Of a stretch of DNA of 49,425 bases, positions 1 to 19,543 are shown piece after piece. Positions within the stretch are counted from its first letter, which is position 1. Every line of letters starts with the position of its first letter. The translations under genes and the position numbers were made by a program. The stretch covers positions 1 through 49,425 of the forward strand of contig UYFQ01000689.1 of assembly GCA_900617105.1 (NCBI GenBank). Reading direction: 5' to 3'. The notes beneath the pieces were generated by a model. The model saw nothing but the letters and a program-made list of their open reading frames with translations. It was not told the DNA's origin and ran no database searches. Origin of the DNA: Hydrurus foetidus (taxonomy: Eukaryota).

Positions 1-495
1 ACAGAACTTCGAATCAATTCCCGAAGTCGAACTACGTCTACCAAGGACGCAGGTCACGAGTCCATACTTGTATGCGCAGCACAGCATTCTTTTAGCATGC
101 AGTTTTGGGAGTGCTATATCAGCTCTTTAATGATATAAACCTGCTGTCAATACGACTGCATATTATTGTAGACACATTATTTTGAAAATACAGAATACGA
201 ATCCCAGGAGTGATGCGTGCATTTTTCGGCTCTATTACTGAGACATTTGTAACTTTTCCTTTTTTATTTTTCCTGAAACTTTTTGTGTGTTCTAGAAGTT
301 TTGTGTTGCAAGTGGCAGCATAATTAAATTTTAAAACCTACTTTTTTTTCGTTATAAAATTTACTTCCTTATCAATTATCTGCGCTACTACTGAGACAGA
401 ACATATGTAAATTTATTGAAACTATTTGGCATATGTTATTGATGTGCGCGTCATGTGTGTAAACATGAAAATAATTTCTAAAAAGAACAAAAAAT

Positions 496-3400
496 TTATT
501 TATTTGTTAAGAAATTTTTATATGAAGCTGATTTTCTGAAGTTTATCCAACAGTTTTTAGGGTTGAAGCATCACGAAAAAAAGGTGGAAATTTTTTGAGA
601 TAAGCACTTACAAGTTTGCTACTATCAACTGTTTCTTTAAGTGTCAGACACTTCTTTCCAAAATCTTGGACAAATAAGCGCTCTAGCTCATCTAAATTAT
701 CTACTCTTTTGGTGCGTGCACTGGTTGAAGCAACTTGCACTACAGTATTCAAATTGATGTGTGATGTGTTGATAGAATTTCCTTCAACGACAATTGATGA
801 ACAAACTTATAATGGATCACTAGTAGCGTTAGAATTTACAACAGTAGTAGGCGTACTTAATATAGGCGTACTTAAAGGCGTACTTAATTCCTATATAGGC
901 GTACTTAATACTATTTTTTTCTTGGCAACTTCTTTAAAACTTTTCGATGATGATCGAAGTCTTTTTTTGCTTCTACAGAACACATTTACGTTATCTGCCA
1001 TCTCAGTAAATTTTGCCTCTATATCTTCCCACTTAACTTTTCCACTTTTCCTTTGGAAGGCAGCATCATCAACGCAATTCTGAAGTAAAGCTCTTTCATT
1101 CTTTGTAAGGTGAGAATTAATTTGCTCTCCTGACCCTTCTAAATCGTCATTGAATCCTGTAACCTCAACAGTGACTGATTCTTCGATATTTCTAGAATCT
1201 TGATCGTTCAAAGACCCTAGATCTTCCATTGCTACTAAATCTTCAGAAGACACTGAATCCTCAATAGGCCGAGGACTACAGTCTGTAATGATGGATTCCT
1301 CCTGGTTGTCATCGGCAATGCTCATCTTATCCTTCTGAACCTTCAAGAAGATTTTCACGATTTTTCATAAAATTATGAAGTATTGAAGTTAGCTCATTGT
1401 GGTATAAAGTGATTGAGGGAGAGAAGAAAGTGTACCTGCTGGTACACTGAGGCGAGTGAATCAACCATCATCTGCTGCTTTTTTTCGGGAACAAATGGTT
1501 CTGATGAAGTCCAAACTCTTGCAAGACACACTATCTCTAGGGCTTTCTGATACAATTCAGTTTCTGATTTTTCCCGTACGTACGGTAACAAGTCCTGCAA
1601 ATCTGGTGATGATCGTATCACGTGTACTTTCACAGACCACATCTTAACGAATGATGATGAAAACGTGATACAAAAGAAAAAATATCAGTATGGTGTGAAG
1701 ATAATGGTAAGAAAAATATGGAGGTCTGGTAAACCTTGTGTAGATCTTTCTTTGAAATCTTTTTCATGTCAGTATTTTGTATATCTTTGATCTCGCCAGT
1801 CATTTGCATGATAAGAAATTTTAAGTATTTTCGTTCCAGGGCTGTGAAGCCTTCGGCGAACAATCCGATATTGCCATGCTGATTGAGAAACTGTTCGCCA
1901 GTTGGATACTCGTTGATTATACCCTGCAGACAAGAAAATGTACATAAAATAGTGGATAAGAGAAAAACAAAGAAACTTCGATAAATATAAAAAAATAGAA
2001 AAAATAAGTTGTTGACTACCTTCACGCTTAATTGCAACTTTTTGTGATTTATCTTGTGACTTGCAATACTACCCTTGTTTGAATGATCTTTATTACGAAT
2101 TTTCGACCCTAAGCTTGGATTTTTTCTGGGCGGAATAGGGGACGTTAATGCTCCTGACGTTAAGATAATTGGAGCCGTCGACGAACATGCACAATCAGAT
2201 TCTCCAGAGTGCACTGAAATGCATTTATTCTCGATTTTTGCCATGGTGCCTTCGAGCGTATTGGATGAAGACATAGCTTCTTCTATCTCACACATGACTT
2301 GGTTCATAGCATCTGGTGGAACAGTAGACGGTTGCGTAGAGCAGACTTTCTTTCGGAGGGTTAAGCCCTCAGTAAAATCTATTGACCCTTCCCAACTGAA
2401 GTTTAGCTTTGACCCAGCCTTTTCAGTATTAATGAATGGCAACTTTGGCACAGGACTTGAGATTCCTAATTTTTTGCTGAGAACGAAAATTTGGAGTAGC
2501 TCCGGTAAAACAAAACCAGGAAAACTCATCGATGGCCAATTTTCCGAATAATCGACCAACAATTTCATGTTCCTTTCCATGAAATAAATTCGGTATAGCA
2601 TATCTGCTAGTTGCATAGACATCTTTTCAGGCGCGATCCTCCTCGCTTGTCTAATATTGATGTGATTAACGTCAAATCGAGCTGAAGAGATGGTTAGCAA
2701 GATTCGGGTTACTCGTAATTAGTAACTTCACCTCCAAGTGCTTTCGCAGTTATTAGTTCCACGCTGCAAGATGTACTTTCCAGAACGGTGTTGAATGATT
2801 GGAGCCACATACTTTACGATGAATATAATGATAGTGAGCTATGAATACTCAATTATAAAAATACTAGAAAAGATATCGAATAAAATATGTTTACACCTGT
2901 GGAAGAGCGAGACAATTCATGATGTGTTTTTTTTCATTCTCGAAGCATTTTGTTGTTTTATTACTCCACAGAGCGATATCTTCTCTTTCATACTTAAGTT
3001 TCACCGCTTCTATTGCAGATATAATTTTATCTCCCGGCCAGAAAACTCCTGGCGTGCTTGATCCGAAGCATTTTCGAAGGTCAGATGCAAAGAACCCAAG
3101 GAGAGATTTCTTCTCCGATGATACAGTGGTAATAATGCGCTTTGAAATATGGTACACGTCACCAACGATAGTAGGCTCAATAAATCCCCCCTCCTTGAGC
3201 CACATGGCGTCAGTGCAACAGTTGTCCAGTGCAAAAACTGGGTCATGATCCATACCGCCCCATCTTGTGAATCTATCGTGCAACTCAATCGCTTGGGGCA
3301 CTCTTTCTTTGTATCCTGTTCCTGCCGTCCATATGAATGATATTACTTGACCAATGCCATTACACACTGAAAAAAAAGATAACAGATTATAGTGGGATAA

Positions 3401-4734
3401 ATACGAAAAAAAGAATATTTTACGTATTTTTGGAATACAGAATACATCATATGCATGTGAGAATACAGTATGTTAAGTGTTTAGGTAAGAATAGACAGTA
3501 TACGAAAAGTGATTTTGTCGAACTCACCTGCGTGCAAACCCTCAACTGGTGCATGGCAATTGTTCCCAATGTCGTAATGTTTAATTCTGGCAGGTATGTT
3601 GAACGTGTGGTCTGCAGATAAAACCTAAATGTGACAATTTACGAGTTGTTAATCAGATAAAGAATAATGGATCAGATGAAAAAACTGATGCTTTTTTTTA
3701 CCTGGCCGCCAATACTCTTCATAAAACGATCTCCGAAGTCAGCGGGATGAGAAGACGCTGCTAAAAAAAAACGTTGAATCTGCCTCTGACTGGGTCCCCT
3801 GGAGCCACCAAATCCGCCACAGTGAGATGTGAGGGTTGGGAACGGACTGCTACTAATACTCCGCGTAAATCCAAATGCACTCAGTGATGAGATATCTTCT
3901 GTATTCGCAACATGCGCCTCTAAATAGACTCTTGCTTGACTGACCCAAAATGCGGCCCTTTTCTTGTTTATGAAGTTGGCTATTTGACCAGCACCAAGCT
4001 CACTTGTCATCAACGTAAGTATAAGCTCCGCAAGTTCGCTACTGTAAGATGTTTTCAACATAGAAATGACAGGACATCGCCGTAAAATGTAGGGTGGGAC
4101 TCCCATTTTTGATAGGTCAGATATCTCCATGGATGATTTTGTCTTGCGACAACCCGCACACTGAAAAATTGGATAAACAACAAATCCGTTGCTGTTGACC
4201 CCTTCCACACTCTTGTGATCGTATTCTCTGACCGATATTGTGCCTGGAATGTCAACGCCGTCCAAAATTAAAATAGTTCAAAAGCGATAGAGTGAGCTAT
4301 CTCAAAAGGTCCTTGAATCTTGTACCTTCACGTCCACGACAGCTAGAATCCCAGCATACCAGTGATCTGCCATTTGGCATCATTTTTTCTGGCTGCCAAG
4401 TATAAATATCCTGAATCAAGTAATCATCTAAGTTGAGGGATACCACCATCGGATCCCTCAAAAAATATATACAAGGTTTCTTGCTACTTTTCATTGTTGT
4501 CAAACACCGTTTGATGTGGTCTGTCATTAATTTTTTTGCACAATAACAGCTTCTCCCGCACAGTTTGCACCTTTCCTCTGGCTCCTCAACCTCGTCCTCG
4601 CCATCAGCATCCTCAAAAATTTCCTCAGGATCAATTTCAACTTTTCCATTAGAACCAAAGAGTCTGTCGCTGAATTGTCCCACATCATTTTCGGACAATA
4701 GCGTATTTACAACAGAAGCAATGGAGACATCCAT
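496..4734 (-). pseudogene. Spliced DDE transposase of the DxxH class (Mutator-like, unclassified) with C-terminal Myb/SANT-like repeats; 3' part disabled
   Basis: GT-AG exons 4734-4326, 4243-3702, 3624-3528, 3366-2897, 2811-2732 and 2650 onward join in frame. They give VLSADHTF (D1), CNGIGQV, ALDNCC (D2), GDVYH (DxxH) and RGTNNCES (E). The C-terminal frame runs through in-frame TAG (891-893) and TAA (807-809) plus a 1-nt frameshift near 555, restoring ..TLKNCWINFRK..TNK* at 496-498. Element termini were not found. Confidence 0.75.
849..909 (-). repeat. Short coding tandem repeat (AGGCGTACTTAA x4, encoding LSTP x4) inside the transposase tail
   Basis: Four copies of aggcgtacttaa with 0-9 nt spacers; the minus strand reads LSTPI*ELSTPLSTPILSTPTT. 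Confidence 0.85.
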
Positions 4735-4909
4735 TTCCTTCGAAATGACCTGCCACGGTGACTGTACGGTAGTGGAGTGGGTGTTAGGAAATATTCAATT
4801 TACAAAGTAGTGATGACTACTGTAAGGACTGCACAATGCGCTGACACTGCGCTGCACCCCAAAGGGGAAACAGCCTCTAAAACAACCGTCACCGCATGGT
4901 CACTGGCCG

Positions 4910-5262
4910 AGGGGGGGGGGGATTTTCACGAAACTTTTTAGTTTTCGCGAAACTTAAAAGCTCTATAAATTACGGTTTTCATTCAATTTCCGTAGAGTAA
5001 ATCGGTAAAAACGACCTCGAAAAACATTTCGGTGAAACGGAAAATCGAAAAATCGGTAAAACAAAAAATCCGTGACTCAAAAAATCCGTGACACCATAAA
5101 TCGGTAAAATAATTTGGAATATAATAACGAAATCTGTTTTCGTCAGACTGTTTCCGTATTTATAGTGGGTGAATCCGGTTTTAATCTACGGATTTCATCT
5201 AATTTCCGTAAAATTCGTGTATTGTAAAAAGTTTTCTGGTTTGACGAGAGGGGGGAGGGGGG
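4910..5262. repeat. G-run-bounded block of short direct and imperfect inverted repeats upstream of the transposase; probable subterminal region or MITE
   Basis: AATCGGTAAAA x3 and AAAAAATCCGTGAC x2. GAAACTTTTTA and TTACGG..TCCGTAGA.TAAA.CGG (about 4930-5006) recur inverted at about 5175-5237. G-tracts lie at 4911-4921 and 5250-5262. Confidence 0.45.
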
Positions 5263-6626
5263 TACGTGATTATTTTAGACAACACTCCGCCGCCCAGCTG
5301 ATGTACGTATGTATATAGATGGTAGTTGAAGCAACTTCAAACATGAAGAGCGTTGTTGAGACAACGAGTGGCTATAGTAATGAAGGGGTAAGAGCACTAT
5401 TACAGGATTACGCCTCTATCAGAAATATGTACTGAGGAGGAATTCATGACCTCGACAAACTACTCTGGACATCAATCTATCCTATCCTACTCTATCCTAC
5501 CCTATCTTAACATTCGTAATGCCGTGCTCTTCTTCCTCAGCGGAATTTTCGGAGGAGCGAAGTTGAACAAACTAAACAAATTGGTTCCGTTTTATGTTAT
5601 GGTATGATGCAAAGGCCAACCAGAACATGATCAACTTGGAATGTTACAGGTATCAATGCAAGATCCCATCGGATTTGGTTGACTAGTACAGCATCGATCT
5701 ACACCCTATAACGTGCACACTCATGATACAGATTGATGCAAAGTTCCTCTCACTCATGATGCGATAGACAATCGTATCGACTCTTTTGCTCGTGAATTGA
5801 ATTAGTTGAATCCATCGAGAAAGCTGATCTCAAAGTAATCTTGATGTCTGTATTCGCTGCGCCTCATAGTCATACTGTGCACAGTGTGGGGCTCAACTCT
5901 TCAAATATACGTGCGACAAAAAATTTTGAGTAATCGAGCAGACTGAGCTGAAGTAGTTGTTTTTTAAGTGAAAATATTTTCTACTAAATCATGGCGATAT
6001 GGACACTTAAACACGACGTACATTATATTGATCACTAGATTGTCACGGTATTCCATTGCTCCAAGACGGTCAGGTCAATGCTCTGCAATTTCTACACATC
6101 AACACTATGGGGTACGCAGAACCGAACCGTATATCGTGTTTCCTAAAACTGCTCTTCTCTCATCTTACCTCATCCCAAAGGGGAGTATTTGTAATCCAAC
6201 TGGAAGTTTCGTGTACTATCTGAATTGTGTGGCAGGGACAGGCAGCTCGAGACGGATCGAAAGTTTGGATGTCAGTTTCTGATCATGGGGCGGTCCAGTG
6301 TGATAGCTAGGATGGACTTCATACTACCTTGCTGTCATCCCATCCCATCCCATCTCAACTCAACTCAACTCAACTCAACTGAACTCATTGCATTCCACCT
6401 GATTAGCTCTCGGCCATGGGCATCGGCCTGACAGAAAGGCATCGATGTGATCCCTCTTTCCTTCCCTTTTCTTTCCTTTTCCTCATCACTCTCCATGCAC
6501 TATCTGACTATTCCACTGCTTCCTATCGACTTCACCCACCACCATTCTATTCCATTAGCATCCCCACAGGACTTCAGAAGATGTACGGTCTATTCCGTTC
6601 CGTGTACGCGCTACAGGCTACAGTGC

Positions 6627-14333
<7,707 letters not shown>

Positions 14334-14963
14334 GATCGTAACTTTGTTGACCAAGAAACGGCAAAGTTTTCAATAAAGATGACAAATCACAACATTGCCA
14401 ATTTCAGAGACAATTCAAGCCACTGGGCCCAATGCGTTTAGATCGGACGACTGTCCGTCGCGCTTTTCGAATGTCCTAACTTCGACTTCCACTTCACTCC
14501 TCACTTCGACTTTCGACAGCGACTTTGGTTCTGGCTGGTGGGTGGTGGGTTCCGGTTCTTGAGTGACGGAGGTAGGAGTCGAAGTAGTACGTACGTGTAT
14601 CATGTGTTTGCTTTTTGCTTTGGACTTTGGACCGATTTTTCGACCTTTTCCGTATTGAAGCGAAGTATTACGATTCCTGCGATTCATTCACGCGGGCTGC
14701 GTTCGGTAAACCCGAAAAGCTTCATATTTCACCGTATTCTGGAATTTCCTGCAGTGACCTTCATATTCTTAGGAATTGCGTTCGGCAACCCACACTCACC
14801 TTCTGATAAGAACAAAACCTATGGTTTGAGCAAGAACGTCTTTTTGATGAAATCACCAACGTGAAGGTTCATCTGGTGGAAGATTCTTCCGCCGAACACA
14901 AGCACTCAAGATGGCAAAGTTCGACGAGGTATTAATCCTCATTACCTGTTGACAGCTACAGTT

Positions 14964-16060
14964 ATGTCACGACTTTTCATCGTTGAGCCAGCACTCACTC
15001 ATCCTATGTCTGCGACAATTCCAGCTACTTTAGCGTCTTGGACTGACGTCAACAAAAAGGTGTTGATTGATGTCCTGACCAGTTTTTCGGGAGGCAGATT
15101 CGCAAATCTTTCGAACAAGAAGGAGAAATGGATCGCTATCCTAGACACTTTCAACCATAGAACCGGTAAAGCTTGCATACTAGCCGTAGTCTAATTGAGC
15201 ATTTTTCTCAAGGTTGATTGACCTAACATTGTAGGCTTACTTTACAAAAAGAAGATGCTGACTTCGCAGTGTACAGCACTGAAGAAACAACTGTCAATCT
15301 ATCATCACTACGCGCATCAAAGCGGATTCGGCATTGATGCAAAGGGCGTTGTAATTGCTTCCCCAAGCGCTTTAAACGATTACTACGCTGCGAACGCGGG
15401 GTCTATACAGTACGCGAATGGGCCTTTGCTATTTTACGATGACCTTCTCTCGCTTTTTGGACGTAAGTACTATGACATAGTTTTGAAGATTAGGTTACTT
15501 GCTAACGACGTGTTCAAACTCATCAATGATAAGGTGATGTCGCAACTGGTGCCCACGCCAAATCATCCGTTGGAGTGAAGCGAACGATTCTGGATGAGGG
15601 ACCGGTGGATATTGTGACATCCTTGACTGCAGTCCCCGGGCCTCCCGCTCCCGCTGCAGTACCTGTTGTAGCTGTACCATTTACGACCTCGCCATCTACG
15701 ACTGTCGCATCAGCAGTGCCTCCCGTTCCTAAAACTCCCTCTATCTCTGTTGTGACCACCTCGACTGCACCATCTCTTGTACGACCGTACGTACGGAGGG
15801 TTCGTGCTCGGCCTGCGGATCCGATTCCCGAACTCATTCGAGAGATCATACAGTCCCAGGAAAAGTTCAGCAGCCGCATGACCAAGTACGACAAAGTGAT
15901 CCAGATTTTTCAAGAGCGATTCATGTTTGGTCTTGGTACTCATGAGGAGATGAGATTCATCGCTCTCTTCTCAGAGAATCCTTGCATGGTTGATCAATTT
16001 TTTTCCTTCAACGATGCACAGAGGGATATTTTTGTGCAAGCGAAAAAAGTTAACATGTGA
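14964..16060 (+). CDS. Harbinger Myb/SANT-like DNA-binding accessory protein (2 introns)
   Basis: SWTDVNKKVLID..KEKWIAILDTFN..QSGFGID..PLLFYDDLLSLFG..VATG. GT-AG introns 15166-15234 and 15463-15533 join three ORF pieces in frame. The start codon (14964 vs 15006) is uncertain. Confidence 0.85.
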
Positions 16061-16356
16061 ATAGAAGATTGTGTCTTAATTAACTTTAGTGCCTACTTCA
16101 ATTGTCTATCTGAAAAATCTTAGTGTCAGTAAGGTGTGTTATGTTATGTGAGTGAATGACGTCGTGCTTTCGTTAGCGTTTGATAAACCGCTCAATTTAT
16201 GTTTTAGAGGATGTAACTATGAGAAAGTGAACCTTTAAAGATAATTTTTTTGGTGGATAGCGTCCGTCGTCGATACCGAGTAATTACAAATTACCGGTTG
16301 GAATGAATACAAACTATCGAATACAAATTATTTTAAAATGCGGAATATACCTTATA

Positions 16357-17649
16357 TTATGCATTATTTTGTGCCAAGTTCAACAGATATTGGGCCCACA
16401 TTGCTTGAGCAATATCATTTCGCCAGATCTTTAGTGCTTGCATGTTTACACCTCCTTCGTCATCATCTTCATTTTCATCGTCCTCAGCAATTAGATTGTT
16501 TAGGACTTCTACATTATAAAATTCATCTTCATACAATTGATTAATACAGACAAAGTTGTGTATAAGAAAACATGATTGTACAATATCGCATTGGAATTCA
16601 AAATCATAAGGACTCATTTTTTTTAGAATAGGGAATCTGTTTTTTGTTATGCCATACAATCGTTCTATACAATTCCGTAATGAGGAATGTCTTAGATTAA
16701 ACAACTCCTTATAATTCGCAGGACCTACTCCATTGCCTGCAAACTCCACCAAATGGTAGCGCACACCTCGATATGGTGTTAGAACGTACTTGCTTAGGCC
16801 ATACCCAGCATCTCCTAAGTAGTATTTATCGGCTAGCAAAGGTAATCCCTTAGTTTTTGCATCGTCGTATACCCTGCTGTCATGAGCAGAACCCTCCCAT
16901 CCAAATAAAGCATCAGCAAAGGTGAGATCAAAGTTAGCAACGCCTAAAACATTCTGAGAAATGAATTTTTTTCTGTTCCGAAATGGGCCTTGCAATTCCA
17001 CAGGTATAACTGCAGGTATGTGTGTTCCATCAATAGCACCAATACAATTGTCGAAATATGGAGTAAAATTCCCATTGTTAGAAATCTTTGCTGAAACAGG
17101 ATCCCCAACTTTTGCAGGTTTGTACAGTCGATCCTTGATATTGTCCAAGCAAATGCTCACCTCGTGAACAATTTCAGATATTGTTGCACCCGAGTGTTGC
17201 CATCTTTCTGCAGTCTCCCTATTAGTGTGTCCACGGAGAACGTGAATCAAAATCATTAGCTTCTGTCCGCTGCAAATATACATTGAATCGGTCAACCCTC
17301 CAGCAATTAGATTGTCCTTCAGCAGACAGAAAGTCTCTCTGTCCATTCTAGCAACTTGTCGAAATCTGTTGTCATTTTCAGTATTCATGACCTCTCTGTA
17401 ATAAAGGTCACCTGTAAGAACCGAATTATGCTGAATGCGGGGATGACGCCGAGCATGGTAAACACCAGCCAAAACCAGCGCAACAAGCAGCACGACGTTG
17501 ATATTCCCATCAGCATCCATTGCATGTATATTGTTGGAAATTGTGTTCAATAGTTGACATAGGTGTAGCACTTTTTTCATGTCTTCATATTCAAGTTTCC
17601 AATTTTCATGTTTCCGTTCGGTAAAACGGGGGGAACTCGGACCTTTCAT
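16357..17649 (-). CDS. Harbinger DDE transposase (HARBI1-like), intact
   Basis: CIGAIDGTH, FRNRK, GWEGSAHD, YYLGDAGY, TPYRGVRYHL, FNLRHSSLRNCIERLYG. The real start may be the ATG at 17520 (MDADG). Confidence 0.95.
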   Translation of the reverse strand: MKGPSSPRFTERKHENWKLEYEDMKKVLHLCQLLNTISNNIHAMDADGNINVVLLVALVLAGVYHARRHPRIQHNSVLTGDLYYREVMNTENDNRFRQVARMDRETFCLLKDNLIAGGLTDSMYICSGQKLMILIHVLRGHTNRETAERWQHSGATISEIVHEVSICLDNIKDRLYKPAKVGDPVSAKISNNGNFTPYFDNCIGAIDGTHIPAVIPVELQGPFRNRKKFISQNVLGVANFDLTFADALFGWEGSAHDSRVYDDAKTKGLPLLADKYYLGDAGYGLSKYVLTPYRGVRYHLVEFAGNGVGPANYKELFNLRHSSLRNCIERLYGITKNRFPILKKMSPYDFEFQCDIVQSCFLIHNFVCINQLYEDEFYNVEVLNNLIAEDDENEDDDEGGVNMQALKIWRNDIAQAMWAQYLLNLAQNNA

Positions 17650-17832
17650 TTCGACCGAAGTTTCTTTTCGATCCCGGATGAAGCTTTTTCAAATATGAAG
17701 GTCTCCCAATGAAATTTACCGAACGCAGCCGCGGTTTCTTTTATGTTGAACGTCAATGACGTGAAGGGTGTGGGATGTGGAGCATGTTGTGCCTCATTAA
17801 ACTCATATCTTTGGAAATTTCCGACAGTGATT

Positions 17833-19543
17833 ATGAAAGCTTCGGTATCGCGGGGGAGGAGAGGCTACGGCATGATTTTAATCGCTTTTTTTCTGCTATC
17901 CTGTATAGCTCTCTGTGGCGCGAGAAGTGTTGACAGCTCAAGCTATGGACAACTTCGTGACACGGCAACTTACAAAAGTGGTCGCAACAACGCGAAAGTA
18001 ATCTCTACTGCCATTAGGAATAAGAAATTCAATGTACTCGTTAGTGGTGAAAGTGCAGATGTCGTACATCATGGGCATAAAATGTCTTTGACAACTCTAG
18101 TCGTCAACATTGTTGCTGATCTTTGTCCACACGGAATGCTACCCCTTGCATACGGCATCGCTCAGGGTGGGCCGACTGGAATTGTTCCAGCTGTAGCGCT
18201 TGTTGCTGTATTTGGATCGATGAGTGCATATACCATGACTGTTTATGCCAGATTGGCTGAAGAAACGAAGTCAAACTCGATTGCAGAATTGTGGGGAAAA
18301 CTTATCGGTGAAAAGTCCAGATGGCTGGCTGATGCGGCAGTATTTTCTCTGTGCTTCGGCTGCTGTGTTTTTTACTCCGCATTTATTGGTGATATTTTTG
18401 GTGCGCTTTCTGCGGCTGCAGGTGTGACAGGCGTTATAGGCGAGAGAACTACCGTCCTAGGAGCAATTTCTGCGATTTTCCTTCTCCCCCTCTGTTTATT
18501 AGAAGATATTTCTTCGCTGCAATTCTCGTCTGTCCTTGGCGTCCTGGGAATCATGTTTACATTCTTATTTCATGCCATCCGTGTTACGGACGGCACTTAC
18601 ACTCCGACAAGTGGGCTATTCGCGAAGCTTCTTTCCGCGAAGATGCAGCCGAAATGGCCTTCTCCTAAGTACACGATGTACAGCGTGAATAAAGGCACAT
18701 TAGTCCTCGTCAACATGCTTTGCGTAGCATTCCTGGCTCATTACAATGCTATCAACTATTACAAAGAGCTCGAAGGGGCTACAGAAGGGAAGTACAAGGT
18801 CGCCATAGCTGCTGGGTTCGGAACTGCACTCACAGTCTTCGTAGGTGAAGCATATCATCTGAATGCGATCTTTTCCATTTGCCTTTATCATTCGGATGTA
18901 TGAATGAACTTCATCATTGGAATGATTGATCTGTGCTCACTGACCGTGAATATGACCATGTACTTGCATGTCAGGCATGATGTTCATCGGCTACACCATA
19001 TTTGGGTCCACAGCCCAGCCCCTGCTCCTCAACAACTTTCACCGCACAGAAGACGTACTGGCTACCGCTGCTCGATTCGCCACTGGACTCGCTATCACCT
19101 TTGCGTACCCCCTCATGTTTGCCGGTCTCAAGTCATCGATGTACAGTCTGATCGATTCCGCGACTTCCCCTAAGACACCTGCCCCGCTCCCCCTAGTCAA
19201 CGGGAGGAGACAGGCAAAAGTCGTAGCACCTGTTCGCGCTGATAACAAGATGCTGAAGACAGGGTGTGTCGTGGCTGTCTTGTCCATCATCACGTCTATC
19301 GCATTCCAGTGCGGGGAAGAAGACGTCTCCCTCGTACTCGGCATTGTGGGGTCCGTACTGGGGTGCGGAGTGGCGTACGTTCTCCCGGGCGCTTTATCCC
19401 TGAAACACATGCGAGTGCGGAAGGCATTTGGACAGAAAAACGCTTCCTCTGACGTTGTTTTGGCGCATGTGCTGGTTGCGATGGGATTATTCTTCGGGGC
19501 CCTCGGTGTGTGGATCACCTTGTCCACACCCGCACACCATTGA
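17833..19543 (+). CDS. Transmembrane amino-acid transporter (Aa_trans / SLC38-like) with N-terminal signal-like extension; one intron 18845-18974
   Basis: Many TM segments; GMLPLAY, LLPLCLLEDISSLQFSSVLG, AFLAHYNA, GYTIFG..LLNNF, AYPLMF. The GT-AG intron joins ORFs 17743-18903 and 18968-19543 in frame. Alternative ATG at 17743. Confidence 0.9.

Larger units (their letters stand above)
14695..17730. mobile_element. Complete autonomous PIF/Harbinger DNA transposon (3036 bp)
   Basis: Perfect 16-bp TIRs GGCTGCGTTCGGTAAA (14695-14710 / 17715-17730); 3-bp direct flanks GCG (14692-14694, 17731-17733); convergent Myb-like and DDE transposase genes. Confidence 0.95.

Noticed and set aside
160..180. 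Left end or TSD of the Mutator-like element (TATTATTGTAGACAC vs ATTATTTTAGACAAC at about 5269-5283)
   Set aside because: Loose AT-rich direct similarity only, with no adjoining inverted repeat.
807..893. Alternative genetic code (TAA/TAG = Gln) suggested by in-frame stops in TE frames
   Set aside because: Host genes end in TAA (HPRT, Tim-like), the intact 1637-aa ORF has no in-frame TAR, and the stops occur only in TEs that also carry frameshifts or TGA; mutational decay explains them.
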